A DNA stretch of 64,000 nucleotides from Octopus sinensis (Eukaryota), in the NCBI RefSeq assembly GCF_006345805.1, contig NC_043008.1, positions 28,396,001-28,460,000 on the forward strand, given 5' to 3'. Position numbers and translations under genes: made by a program. The notes beneath the pieces were generated by a model, which was not told where the DNA came from, searched no databases, and saw only the letters and a list, made by a program, of their open reading frames with translations. Shown here one piece after another: positions 12,100 to 24,640 of this stretch (the stretch's first letter is position 1; each line of letters begins with the position of its first letter).

Positions 12100-14750
12100 T
12101 GATCAACAAGCGTAAGGCGGGTACAATCGTTGTTCTTTAGTGAAAATGTAATACGGCCAGCGAAATCTAGTCTTTTTATTCATTTATCACTGACATACGT
12201 CAACTTCAATTTTTAGCATTGAGAATTGGCCCAGGGACAATCTCGCGGCCAACACGTCCGTTGCAATGATTTTCTGAAGTAACTTTCTAACTAAATTCCT
12301 GTTTATTTTATACTTCTTAAAAAGTTTCAATGACTTACTAAATCTAACTGCTTCTATTCTAATTGCCGTTTGCCGGAGTAAACCACCATTTGTTGTTGAC
12401 GATTGCCCCCGTCAAAACACGCTTAATTAAATTTGTAATCCGGTACTTGAAAGCTTGGCCATCCGGGAGTGACGCGTTTTACTTCCGGCAACCGGGATCC
12501 TGCCTTCTAATCCTATCTACGTGAACCGTACATATCACAAATTTGTGGTTTGTGTAGCTGCCCAGTTTAAAAAGTGGACATCTTATATTATCTACTGGCC
12601 TACAGAATATCTTGTCTAAATACGATCTGAATGACCCGATGTGATTTAACCATATACACACTGGCACGTCAGGAAAATCCTGTCGATATTTGTGAGACAG
12701 TTAGACATGTCTAAGCAAGTTTCCGAGGATTTTACCACTTCTATGAGCTATCTCCACACAGTCCAAACGTAGGTTCAAGACGGCGTTTCAGTCGTCCGCA
12801 AACACTAAAATTCTGGTCGTTCCTAGAAAAATCTCGAGACGTCTGAGGTAATCCGGTTGTCCTGCTCCTGTTAGAAAATTACCAGCCATCAGTCTCAAGA
12901 CATCTCCATCTCTACTGTTCACATACAGGACCACAAACTTAACTTCGGAGTCCGGGAAGATAGGCCTAATCTTGATATTCAGGACTTTCCGAATAAACAC
13001 CATCATTTCACCACCCATTCCCGGTTGTCACGGTGATAGATATATCTCGTATCCACCGAAAATGGGCAATCAAGCTTGTCTGTCCGATGTCTGGTTTCCC
13101 TGATGGTCACTACGTCGACTGTATTTGACCTGTGGTAGTGAATTAGATGTCCTTGTTTCCCTAGTTACCCCAGGATACGTAGGTTTATAATGCCTAAACT
13201 GAACAGGGTCATGTGATATCAAAGTATAGAAGCAGAAGAGTCTACTTAGTGAGAATTAGCGCAGAAGAGACTGATGCATTGCCCCCATAGGTAAGTGTGG
13301 ATGTTTCCACGTGCAGTTACTTACATATTGTCTATTCATGTGTCTCTTCGGGATATTTTGTTTTCATGGTCTTAAATGTGTGTTGTAATATTTGTATGAC
13401 TTTAATATGTGCTGGTGTGTTGTTTCTCGGCATGAGGAAACCGGTGCGTGTAATGTGTGTATGGTTATATACGACATTTTTTTGGTATCTTTTGCTGTGT
13501 AGTTCAGAATGTTTCCTGGTGTTGAGATGTGTGAAGTCCGTTTCTTCCTCTTTTATTTTTCATTTTGTTTTTGCTTCATCTTCCTGTTCCCCCTCAAAGT
13601 AGGTTACGTCTGCTAGCTCCGGATGCGGGAGGGCATTCTGTGATTGTTGTGGTTTGGCTGGGGGGTTCTGATACTGTTCTTTTTGCTGAAGTCGATGTTG
13701 GTGATTTCTCTACTGTTGTTTCCATTGTTGTTCTCGGTGTTGTTGCTACTACTGGTGATGGCGGTGGTGATGTCAGCAATATTGGTGGGGGCTCACGTCT
13801 TTCTTTTGTTGCGGACAGAGAACTATGAGGTAATTTGTGTCGTCGCAAATGTACATCTTTATTTTCTGCCCTCAAAAGTCACATGAAACTTTGTTCTATC
13901 CAGTGCAGCTATTATCCGTAAGTCGAATGGTAGATGTGTATTAGGATTGCCTCCTCAGTTGTTAAGGTAACTGTCGAGGGATATTTGGCCTCCTCCTCCG
14001 AGGCGAACTTCACATCGTCAGTCCTATATTTCTTATTCATGGCTATCTGTTGCCGTTTTACCTGCTCCATTTTTCTACTTTTAGCTCCAATTGTTTTATA
14101 AATAACCACCCAGAAATTAATTTCATGATGGACAGTTCTAGAAATGTTTTGTACCACATTTCTGCCATATTTCTTTAAAATATTTCGCAATCTTGAATTC
14201 ATTTTCGTGTATAAAAATGACTTCACTTACTTCTCTGGTTTTGCTTCCAAAGTCGAAATGATTTTGACTGGAATTGCATTCACTTTTTCGTTTTCTGTTT
14301 CTTAGCAATGATGTTGGTGATGGTGGTGGTGATGGTGGTTGTAGTGGCGGTGGTTTGTGGTGGTGGTAGTTGTGATGATGTTGGACCTGTTACTTCAACC
14401 AGCGGTGGAGGTGGAAGTGTTCTCGCTTGTATTGTCGCTTTTTTCATTCATTTATTTTGGTTTCTACGATATTGAATGTTGGAAACTTGGGAAAATTGCT
14501 TTCATAGCCCCCACACATTCACACACACGTGCGTTGTTGTTCTTATTGTTGCTGCTACAGCAGTAGTCACTTTCTTTTACGAACTGGCTGTCTCTTTTTC
14601 GGACTGCTACTTTTAGAGGGCGGCCAATATTCGTTCGCCATGTGTGGTTTTATCAAAATTAGAAAACGAAAAGCGCGTCTTAGCCCAAACTAACACCAAA
14701 ATAGACCCTAAGACCTATAGATAGAAAACAACTAACCAGCTTCCAAAGTT
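12100..14750 (-). mobile_element. L1/Tx1-clade LINE, 5' half (ORF1 zinc-knuckle remnant + AP endonuclease), decayed
   Basis: Minus strand: MYICDDTNYLIVLCP (decayed CCHC knuckle) near 13810-13860. APE motifs VLYV...MAGNF, SYLDKIF, TNHKFV, DPGCRK (GPGYWK-like). Multiple frameshifts. Confidence 0.7.
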
Positions 14751-14906
14751 CCTGATTATTATAACTAAGTAGCGATAAGAAATGTACAAGGTATAACAAT
14801 GCGTAACAAAATGAATAAATACAAATCTACGGGACAATTTGTGACACCCTTCAATAGACGAACAGTAATAATGATAATCATAAAGATGCTGATGAAGATG
14901 GTTTGT

Positions 14907-15187
14907 CTACAACACAACATTTTTCTTGAAAGCCATTACAAATAAATAGACTTCTTTATAAAGTAAACTATGTAGAATATCTAACATGGTCTCGATAATA
15001 TTGATACACCCGTTCTTGAGGTGACACTGGTACACACCACTTCCATATCTTTCGTGTTCCATTATATTTGCCAGTGTTCAATTATATCTACCAGGAATAA
15101 TGTTTTTATCCCTATGGTCTTCACTGTAACTTATCTATTTAAACTTGTCACTATTACATTTTTCATTTGTCATTTTATAGATCACAA
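14907..15187 (-). pseudogene. Possible Ig-like domain exon remnant
   Basis: Acceptor ttgtttcctacag, then VIYKMTNEKCNSDKFK*ISYSEDHRDKNIIPGRYN*TLANIMEHERYGSGVYQCHLKNGCINIIETMLDI. Resembles Ig E-F-G strands (GxYxC, TxLxI). Two in-frame stops. Confidence 0.3.
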
Positions 15188-15336
15188 CTGTAGGAAACAA
15201 TTTCAGTTTTCAGTTTGTGTGAAGTATATATTTCCACTGAGTGTTGCATCTTCTTATACGCTCGAAAACAATGAATTCGTAGGATTCCTGAGTGACATGA
15301 CAGTTACGATCCTAGAATCGCTTTCATTTAGTACAG

Positions 15337-18008
15337 CGATTCTCAAAGGGGACATATGACCACCCGGAGGGTCATTTGGAGCACGAGGGAGCGTTTTGCA
15401 GCGATGGGTTTCAAAGGGGGTGTTAAGAGAGGTGCAGGCGATGGAAGACCTTCGTCTTTGGTAAGTTTAATTTCAAGTTAACGAGTAGTAGCCCTATTTT
15501 CACATCTCTGCGAAAGTCAGTTTAAAAATAAACATGCTTTTTAGTTCAAATTTTCAAGAAGTTTTAAATCTTTTTTCCCCTTTGACGACACCAAGCAAAT
15601 TCCTGGTAACCTGAGTAACTTGTGTCGCTAAAGAGAAACCCTCAAAACGAAAACAAAATCTACAGACAGATGAATAGTGACAGACAATTAATTGAAAAAA
15701 AAGAGTGATTACATTTCGTTTTTGGATTTGGTTTGCAAGATTCTTTATGTGAGTTCGTATGTTAAAGCATATTCTGTTGTGTCTGGGTAGAGTCATTTTC
15801 TTTTTATGCCTTATAATTTAACACACTCAAAGGTACAATTTCCGCTTATTCCTTATATTTAATTTCCTAAAATGTTCGTTTCATCTTGCAGCCTTTTCAA
15901 TAGTCTTGACTCTGTCTGTTATTTACATTGCGTTCCTTTTTGTCCGTTTGGGCGCAAGTATGGGTCAGCGTGTGTTTTAGTGCCTATGCATGCATGTGTA
16001 TATGTATGTGTGTGTATGTATATATGAGTGTGTATGCATATGTATATATGAACGTGTGTGAATCTGTATGTATGTGTTCTGCATATTCATGTGTTTGCAT
16101 GTCAGTGTTTGTGTATTTTTATGCATGTGTGTGAGCGTGTGTTTCTATATGTATGCACATCCTTGTGTGTGCATGTCTATATGTGTGTGTTTTGCAAGTA
16201 CCATGTTTGTATGTATAAATTTGCATCTCCATACGTGTGGACACGTGTTTGCCTATGTGTCCTTGTGTAAAGTGCGTGTATATATGGTCATGTGTTTCAG
16301 TCAACATTTGTGTATGTGTGCTTGTCTGTTCGTATAACCTATATACCTATCCGTGTGTATGTTGATCTGTTTACTTTCATATCCATATACTTACATACAT
16401 GTGCATATACACATATATACCCCCCACATAAATACATACATCTATCTACATAACAGCCCACTAACTATTCTCTACATGTGTAAACTCTGGGTATGGAGGT
16501 ATGATATCTACTATGTATATTTCCTATTTAGTATTGTGGAAGTTTCATTTATAAGGACGTACTCCCGTATTTGTCTCAGTGTTTGGTCGTTTGGGTGCGT
16601 GGATAATATGCGGATGTCAAGTTGACCCAAGTTGCCTTCATGGTGGTTTTGGTATATTGGTAGAGTATGGAGGACTGTTTTTGTCTTCAAATTGTCTCAG
16701 ATATTCATTTAGTCTTTCCGCAATGCTCCTGGATGTTTCCCCTAGGTACGTCATGTTCATGTCTTTACAAGAACCTTCTATGCATCTTATGCTGTAATCT
16801 ACATTTCGAGTTCTACAGTTAATACTACATATCATCCAGCTATCATTGGTGCATATGGTATTCTCAAAGGGGTACGTCCTACATAGTTGTAATCTGATGA
16901 ATTTCCTTGACTTATAAAAGCGAAAAGCTGAGTGTGTATGTATGTGTGTGTGTGTGTGTGTGTTTGAGTGCAATATTAAAAAAATAGTGGTCAGAACTTT
17001 GGATCAAGCTGTCTTTTGGGAGTGTATGATAGATATGTATTTGTGCATGCGTGCTTATATATGGTTTTGATTGTACGTATATGATTGCGTGTGTTGCCGA
17101 TTTGAATTCTTTTCTGCGATTGAACTTAAATTGGCCCATGGCTATTAAAGCCCCAGCCACACACACATAAACACACACACACACACACAAATACACACAC
17201 ATACACACACACTTATTTTCTATTTAATACCCATTTGAACTGCGGCTATACACCTGATAACGCGGTAAGTCTTATCCTCTGAAATTTACAGTTTGAATGT
17301 TTTGATTATAAAAGTACACTCCAGCTAAAAACATATCTTTTGGCTTTGGAAAACAGAACGTTTTGTTTCTCCTCCTATATATTTTGTCATAGTAGATTTT
17401 ATTTGTTTTGGTCAGGATTTTCCAGTTTCTTGTATCAAGCAATGGACAGAAACATAAAAACAAATTAATATTTTCTGTCTCAAACTAACTAGATCCAGGT
17501 ACAGTGAATACCATCCTCTACAATTTCCTACTCATATAAAGTACACATGTATTTCAACAATTTCTCTCAAATACACTATTGCGCATAAAAATCCTCTTCC
17601 CGGGTGACGATAACTTATATGACAGATTGTTGCACAGCTTCTAGATGTTTTGATAATGGAAATCGGAAATGTTTTAAATGATCTCATCGGCATTTACTTG
17701 TCCCAAAAAAGCACTCTTTCGATACAGCATGTTCATCTCATAAGTGTCGCGTAGTGGAAATAAATGCAAATACCAAACTTTCAATTCATAATGTCTTTAT
17801 TTTTTTTTTTGCATTTCAGTTTGTACATATGTGCTCCCGACTGTGTACAAGCGTATAAGTAAAATGACATCCATTTTTTTTTAATAATATTCTTCTGATA
17901 TCAAAATAAATAGTATATTGAAAACTAAAAATATTTTCTAGGACGGACATTTGTGACTCCAAGGGTCAAAAGGGGACTTTTGACCAAAATAGGTTGAGTA
18001 CCTTTGAT
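15337..18008 (+). mobile_element. Possible decayed hAT-type transposon ends with later insertions
   Basis: CAGCGATTCTCAA near 15337 and aataggttgagtacctttg near 17990-18008 resemble hAT termini. cagcatgttcatctcataa near 17725 resembles the QAHxSH* C-terminus. The pairing of the two ends is not proven. Confidence 0.3.
15870..16930 (-). mobile_element. Penelope-like element 3' fragment (GIY-YIG endonuclease + 3' region)
   Basis: NVDYSIRCIEGSCKDMNMTYLGETSRSIAERLNEY followed (frameshift) by ILSTHPNDQTLRQIREYVLINETSTILNRKYT*. Decayed HHR-like motif at ~15866-15905. Confidence 0.75.
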
Positions 18009-18741
18009 TTATTATATCACGTCTGTAATAAATGCTTGCCATTATTAGACAAACTGCAACGCTTTAGGAAGCAATATGTATTAAATTGGTACTTTTTGTG
18101 TAATAAAATCAATAAGAAGGATATATAATTTTGGCATACAAAGGTAGATTTCAGATAGTGCTACAGGTAAAACTTTATATGTAAAACTTCAGCGTTACTG
18201 ATTTCTATAATATCAGAGTAATGCAAAAAGTAAAAATACCTGCATTCTTACATGGCTTTAGAAATTAAGTAATGTATTGACGTATTATAATGTTTGGAAG
18301 GCGCACAAATTTATATTACATATTTTTAGCATTTTTATTTTACACATTTTAAACGTCTATGAAATATTGTATTTGCTGCAAGTTTGATGTTTAAGCGTAT
18401 GTTTAAAGAAAATGTATTGTGCAAAACGTATTATAAGTCTAGAAATCTAAGTAAACGCTTGCGCAGCAATCGCCTTCGCTTTATCAAATACAGAGTTTAA
18501 GCGATATAACTATTTCACTTTTAGTATCTCAATTTGTTATGTAATTTAAACAGGTTTTTGAGGCCCATTGTCTATGGAAGATTTATGTGTATGTATTACA
18601 TACATTTTTCCATATACCAGTACATATACATTAATTTTCTTTTAAAATGAAAGCTGTAACTATAAATATGAATGACTTTCAAATCGAAACAATATTTGTT
18701 TGAGTATCATTTGAAATTCCTTCGCACCCGAAGCAAGGCAT

Positions 18742-18797
18742 TATAAAAACTCAGAGTGCGCCGTCACTGTAAATTACCACAACTTTCAAAGGTATGT
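18742..18797 (+). promoter_or_regulatory. TATA box + short first-exon-like segment + 5' splice site (copy 1)
   Basis: TATAAAA-N15-TCACTGTAAATTACCACAA-ctttcaaag|GTATGT; paralogous to 49621-49678. Confidence 0.4.
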
Positions 18798-20499
18798 CAT
18801 CGAATATCATAGTATTACACTAACAGAAGCAGCATTCACAGCGTTTTTTTTTATATATATATGTACCAATGAATGGAGGTCAATTGGATATGGTGGTATA
18901 TATCATCTCCCGAAAGTCACTGTACCAATTTAGAAACTAGTTAAATGTAGACAGACATGATTAAACAAAATATGATAAGTTTAAAAATATATATTTGTCC
19001 AACCATTATTTATGGCAACATAAAATCTATATCGTGTAATCTACTATTAATATAAAACACCTAAAAGGTCATCATAAAATGTCTTTGAGTTGAAATTGTT
19101 CAAATTGTTTGCACATCAATTACTAATTTAGCAAAGCAAATGGGCTGAAAATGTGGACAGGTCGTGACGAATGTTAAAGTCACTAACACATATTTACACA
19201 TACACACATACACGCACAGAGGTACACACACACACGCGCACGTACACACGCATAGATAGAGTGGCATATATACAACTAAATCGAACAACAGATACATTCA
19301 CAGAAATACCTCGCACTTGCACATGAATATATTAAAAATATAAAAATGTTTGCGTAAGTATGTTTGCATGCACATAAATTAAAACAGGTACAGTGAAGGA
19401 ATAAGTATTCATATACATCAGAAGCGTTCAAGGAAATATTTGGCGTTTGATATATCAGATTTTATCGCTAATAAACAAACATTCGGATAAATGATGGTTA
19501 TTTCAAAGATAAAAATATAACTGTAAATGTCATAAATCTCGAGAAAAGCATATTACATACAATCTGTATATTTTGAAGGTGTGTGTTACATTTACAACCT
19601 ACATTGCATACCTGTTTGCATACTTACATGTTGGTCCTTAGACACATAAAACATAGGCTCATATATATTTGCACAGAGAAGAAAGCAACTACATAGACAT
19701 GTGTTTCGTGCGTGTGTATGTGTATGCCTACCTATATTATGACGTGCATAAGTTTCAAGTATGAAGTATGTCATGGAGCTTCGATATGATGTACGACGCA
19801 AATACTCCTGATTACGGTGTTAATGCTCACGAATGATCAAATCAATCTACATATGTTTATCCTCGTATTGAAACTGTCTTTCCTTGTTTAGTCACTGAGG
19901 CTTATGTATATTGTTTGTACGAGTAAATGTCTTCTAAAACCAATACCTAGTATATCTATAAGGCGTTTCTGTCCATACAACAAGATGTAACTAATCATGT
20001 TCAAAATATTTGCTGCAATGTAAGTATAAGTCCGTGTGATTTGTTGTGAAATATATGAAATTTCTAATCAAATATGAATAATTTACACCCGTTGGTAAAA
20101 AATATGAAAGAAAATGTGGCAGTCCGTACTACTATGTATGGCATATTTTAATTATGTCAATTTTTGTATGCATTTATTTATGCACATTAAAAATCGCCTT
20201 TCAGTTTTGAAAAGTATCGAATTAGCCTCGTATAATACTTTCGCTGTTGATTCTAATATAATACTCCGTCTTGTAAAACAAATCTGTACTTTTACATCCT
20301 ATTTGTTTTACCATTAGTTGGGTTAATATTCCATTCTTATGGGAATGGAATATCAGCCCCCTCCTTACCAACTAAATCATAGTAAATGACCTTTTCCGCT
20401 TCTATACTTTCATCTCACATTACAAGGCCATCAACTCAAAAACCACAGGTCACTGAGTAATCGATATAGTGGCCATTCGTGAAAAGAGACTGTCCAACC

Positions 20500-22450
20500 G
20501 ACAAGCTTTTATGCCCATTGATGGTTGCACTGCTAATAAAGGACCAAAATAAGGTGAGTCATATAGAAATATTTATGCTCATAAAGCTGATGAGCACTGA
20601 CTTCAAAATATTTACTGACGCGTTAGTAAAATGTTAGCGCTTGCTGTCGAGAAACTGATTGGCGATGCAAAAACATGTGCAATCCCAAGCAGATCCAGTC
20701 ACGACAACCTCCACCTTATGCGATACCTCGTAGATAAGGAACTTAGCATAAGTGGTGCCGAAATCAATTTGTGTCAATCTAAAGCTTTCGATAGGGTCGA
20801 CCTCCAGTAATTGGCGGCCGTTCACCCAGCAGGCGATTTCGGTCCGTTTCCCGTGGCTGGATCGCTGCAATGTACTGCGATATTCGCTCGGTAGTTCGGG
20901 TGTGTGGTTACCTATCAGAACCGTCTAACATCATGCGCTCGGTCTCTCTCGTCTCTCCCGTATATAGGGTATTAGGCTATGAGTGCGGAAATTGGAAGCG
21001 TTGTGAGGCATTCCGCACGGACGCGAACTTGGAATAGCCGCGTAAGCATACGCAGACAAAGTCACCATTATAGTGTCAAGCCCCAGGCACATAGACCGGG
21101 TTGCCAATGATTTAAAGTAATAGGAGTCAATGACAGGCGCAAAAACTAACCAACAAAATTAAGTAGACCTGCAACTTGGCATCTGGAGACGCAGGTCTAT
21201 GCCATTCAGTAACTCAGTTGGGCGTAGGGCCGGTTAAATTACGCAGGGCCTGATTTGGTTCTGAGCTCCAGGTGGTGTAGATCTAGGATGAAGAGACGGG
21301 CAGGGTGGCCAATCTCACCCAGAAATATGCCGTGAGAAAGTAGGGCAGAATTAGCAAATTTATACATCGATTCCATCATATATTATCGCCTAACCGTCAT
21401 GTCTTGCCTTAATTTACGTCTGAACAAACTGCAGCGCATACTATTGTGCTTTCTGAGGAAGGAGCAGACTCCACTTCTCAGGTGCTCAATTTGTTGTCAG
21501 CACTCTCTTAATGGTGGGGCGGATGGGTATGGTGTTGCTGCTGATTCGTAAACATGCGCTGAAGCTGCGAAATATTCAGCTTTTCCTAGACAGTAAGCAG
21601 CGTTAATCACTGTTTCCCCCATATAGTCTGTTTGTATGAGCTGCAGTTAAGGATCAAGCGTAGAGCAAAGCAGAACACCTGGAACCTAGAATGTCGTTAG
21701 GCAGTCGGTAGAAGTTCCACTCAGACGTTCTATAGAGGGTTAGTGGCGGGGAAGTGCGACGATGTTCTTGGGGAGACTCTGGACATCGATGAAAAGGAGT
21801 TGGTTGCTCAATTCCGAGCCCAGTGTTAACTTCCAGAAATCCCTAGACTGACAGAGCTACTGGACACATTGCTACTTCGGGATAATCTCTACAGACTTGC
21901 CCAAAGTGCCCACGTAACGACGAAACGTCTTGCACATTGTCGTTCAGTGCTCGACCATTGATGGTTTCTGGGTTTATATCGAACACTCATTGTCTCGTGT
22001 TGGACGGATCTGGATATCAGCTGAATGCATCATGAAGAACGCTCCGCCGCCTTCATTTGGGCGGAAGAGTAAGCAAAATTTCTTTCCTTTTTGGTCAAGC
22101 TCTCATTAATTTTATTTAAGTGAAACTTGAAAAATAAAGTGAGGGTGCAGAGTGAATTGCTGCCGCCCAGCAATTTTGCTTAAAGGTGGGTGGATGTGGA
22201 GTGAATGGTCTGGGTGAACCCCTCTAGATCTAGGGTAGATGAAATGGAGAGGTACTTACCCTAGAGATCAGGTCGATTGCAGGTTTTGTGGGTTTCCATG
22301 AGCAGCCCTTAGCATCTTCCTGCTTTTGTGGATTTATTTGTTACAATTTTTATTGTTATTACCTTTTTGAACGATTAACTTCCCTCTTTTTCGTCTGTGT
22401 TGCTTTGTGCCATCCCCAATCTTTTACATAAATTCTCAGTGATGAAATAA
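20500..22450 (+). mobile_element. L1/Tx1-clade LINE, 3' half (RT to 3' UTR), decayed
   Basis: IKLMSTDFKIFTDAL...LAVEKLIGDAKTCAIPSRSSHDNLHLMRY...CQSKAFDRVD...WIAAMYCDIRSVVRV..LSEP, AYADKVTIIVS. T-rich 3' UTR ending near 22450. Confidence 0.8.
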
Positions 22451-22679
22451 GGGGAACATTATTAGTGTTATTATTTTTGCTGTTGCTGTCGTTGCTGCGG
22501 CTGTTATTGTTGTTGTTGTCTTTGGTGGTGGTGGTGGTTGTGGTGGTGGTGGTGTGGTGGTGGTGGTGGTGGTGGTGGTGTGGTGGTGGTAGTGATGGTG
22601 GTGGTGTTGGTGATGTTATTGTTATCCTGCTGAATTGGCCTTAAATATTATTTTCGTGTAACAACGAATTGTCGTTAAA

Positions 22680-24640
22680 TTTTATATTTATATTCGCTCA
22701 TGTTAATCTGACCAGCCCCCAAAAGACGCAAAGAATTTCCTAGTGTTTTAGCTGTGTTATGTAGAATTTTACTTTTTGTGAGCTTGCTCTCTGAATATTT
22801 TTTTGAGAAGTAAAAGGCGGAACTAAATAGTGATTGCTCGGCAAGCTCCAACTCTCGAAATTAACGATCGCCGTGTGCTTCAAATGCCACCGCAACTACC
22901 ACCACCGCAGCCACAAATGATAACGTAAGACTTGTTGAAGATGAATAAAAAAGTAACAAAGATAAGGATAGTAATATTAAAAGATGTTTTACAACAGTGA
23001 CGCCACAACTATCCCCAATACATCTAAATCTAACAGCAAGGCGAAGAGAATTGAATCAGCAGCAAATTCAACATGCCTAGCACGGAGAAGAAAAACAACC
23101 CATCATATAAGGCAAAGAGGACGACACCAACAGCAAATTCATCACTGCAATAGCAATTATCAGCAAGTACAACAACAATAAAACGGCGTTAAAAAAGAAG
23201 TATGGCGACAAAGAAAGGAATAGGAACATCTACAGCACATCCACTGCTACATCCCCCGCTTCTAATATGTTTGCATGGAAAACTTTTGGTAGCAAGAAAA
23301 CTATTCTCGCCGCTGCTATTAAGTATTGGCCATTTGCCAACGCTATTCCAGTTTCTGAATTGATCAAGCAATCAGTAAAGTGTTTGCCAAGATTGAGTTT
23401 AATTGTGAAAATAATCCAGATTCTAAGATGTCTTAAAAATTGCCCGGTTACTTGTTGTACAGTCAAACGTAACATGGAAAGCAGTCCAATATAAATGAAT
23501 AAGCGAATGCGGAAAATATTAATAGAAAGATGATATGGAACAAACCTAAGGCATATAAATTTAGGAAGTGACAGGTAGCTGATTCAGTAAAGCAGATGTA
23601 TTAATCACGTCTGAGAAAAAAGAGAAACCAACCCAAGAAATCCTATAAAATGCTTGAAAGTGGAGTCTGTTCACATAGTAAATATATCTCTGCCGATGAG
23701 TGGTAAAATCAGATTAGTTGAAATCCCATTAAATTTGAGAATTTGCTGCTATGAAACTGATCGTTTTGAGAATACGTTTTCCGAATTATTATTTTACTCC
23801 TTAAAGTTTGTTTTAACCAAAATTACTCGGATACAGATATATTTCTAAAGCTTGTGGTGTACTACTGACAGATAAAAATAAAGTTTCTGTTTTTATTTTG
23901 CAACACGTAGATATAGTGCTGCAGGGTATGATCATTGTAAATGCTGAGTTTATCTAAAATGTAAAATTGAATAAGGAAACTCAAAACATTACATAATATC
24001 GCTCATGAAACCATCCTTTTAATTTTAGTAACAAAAATGTGATGTTACAATGTTATACAGAAGACGTAACACGACCATCTCTGGCCGGTCAGTAATTTAA
24101 ATGAAGTTTTCATGCGGCCTGCGTCTTATATTCCAAACAGATAAATAGACGGAGGAATTTTAATTAAGAATTAAATCTTTTATTCTTCTAGAAGTAGTGT
24201 GCACAATTTCAAAGGGTCCTCTCCTGTGGTATGGATATTTGAAGATGAGAATATTCCATATATGAACTTCCAATGCCAAACATTTCTATTTTGGATCGAC
24301 GAGAGATATTGTGTTTAGCATATTTGATTATGTAGAATTTTAACTTTGTTTCATGTCATAATCGTGTTGCATCATTTGTATATGATATTCTGTTGGACTC
24401 CTATGCTAATCGTCACGGCGGAATTCAGGCTAAAACATGAAGAATGTATATTCGTACTTGCCCTAATACGAACAGTAAAGACATGAGAAAAGATGATCTG
24501 GATTAATGAACATACAAGAAGGTTTGCATGGCATCATATAGGTGAGGAAAAGAAAAAGCTGCAGAATGCAAGCTGTCTGAGACCATGTTGCAGAGGAAAC
24601 AGAAACGGAAAAATACCCAGTCTTCTAAGAAGTTTTTAGA
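22680..24640 (+). pseudogene. Possible decayed rhodopsin-class GPCR sequence(s)
   Basis: FPSVLAVLCRILLF, a long N/K/T-rich loop, KKTILAAAIKYWPF; second block ISKGPLLWYG ... VIIVLHHLYMIFCWTPMLIV ... SCLRPCC. Stops and frameshifts throughout; motif resemblance only. Confidence 0.3.

Noticed and set aside
17250-17292. CTGATAA...GAAA motif
   Set aside because: Mismatched C3/A8, and helices I and II do not pair.
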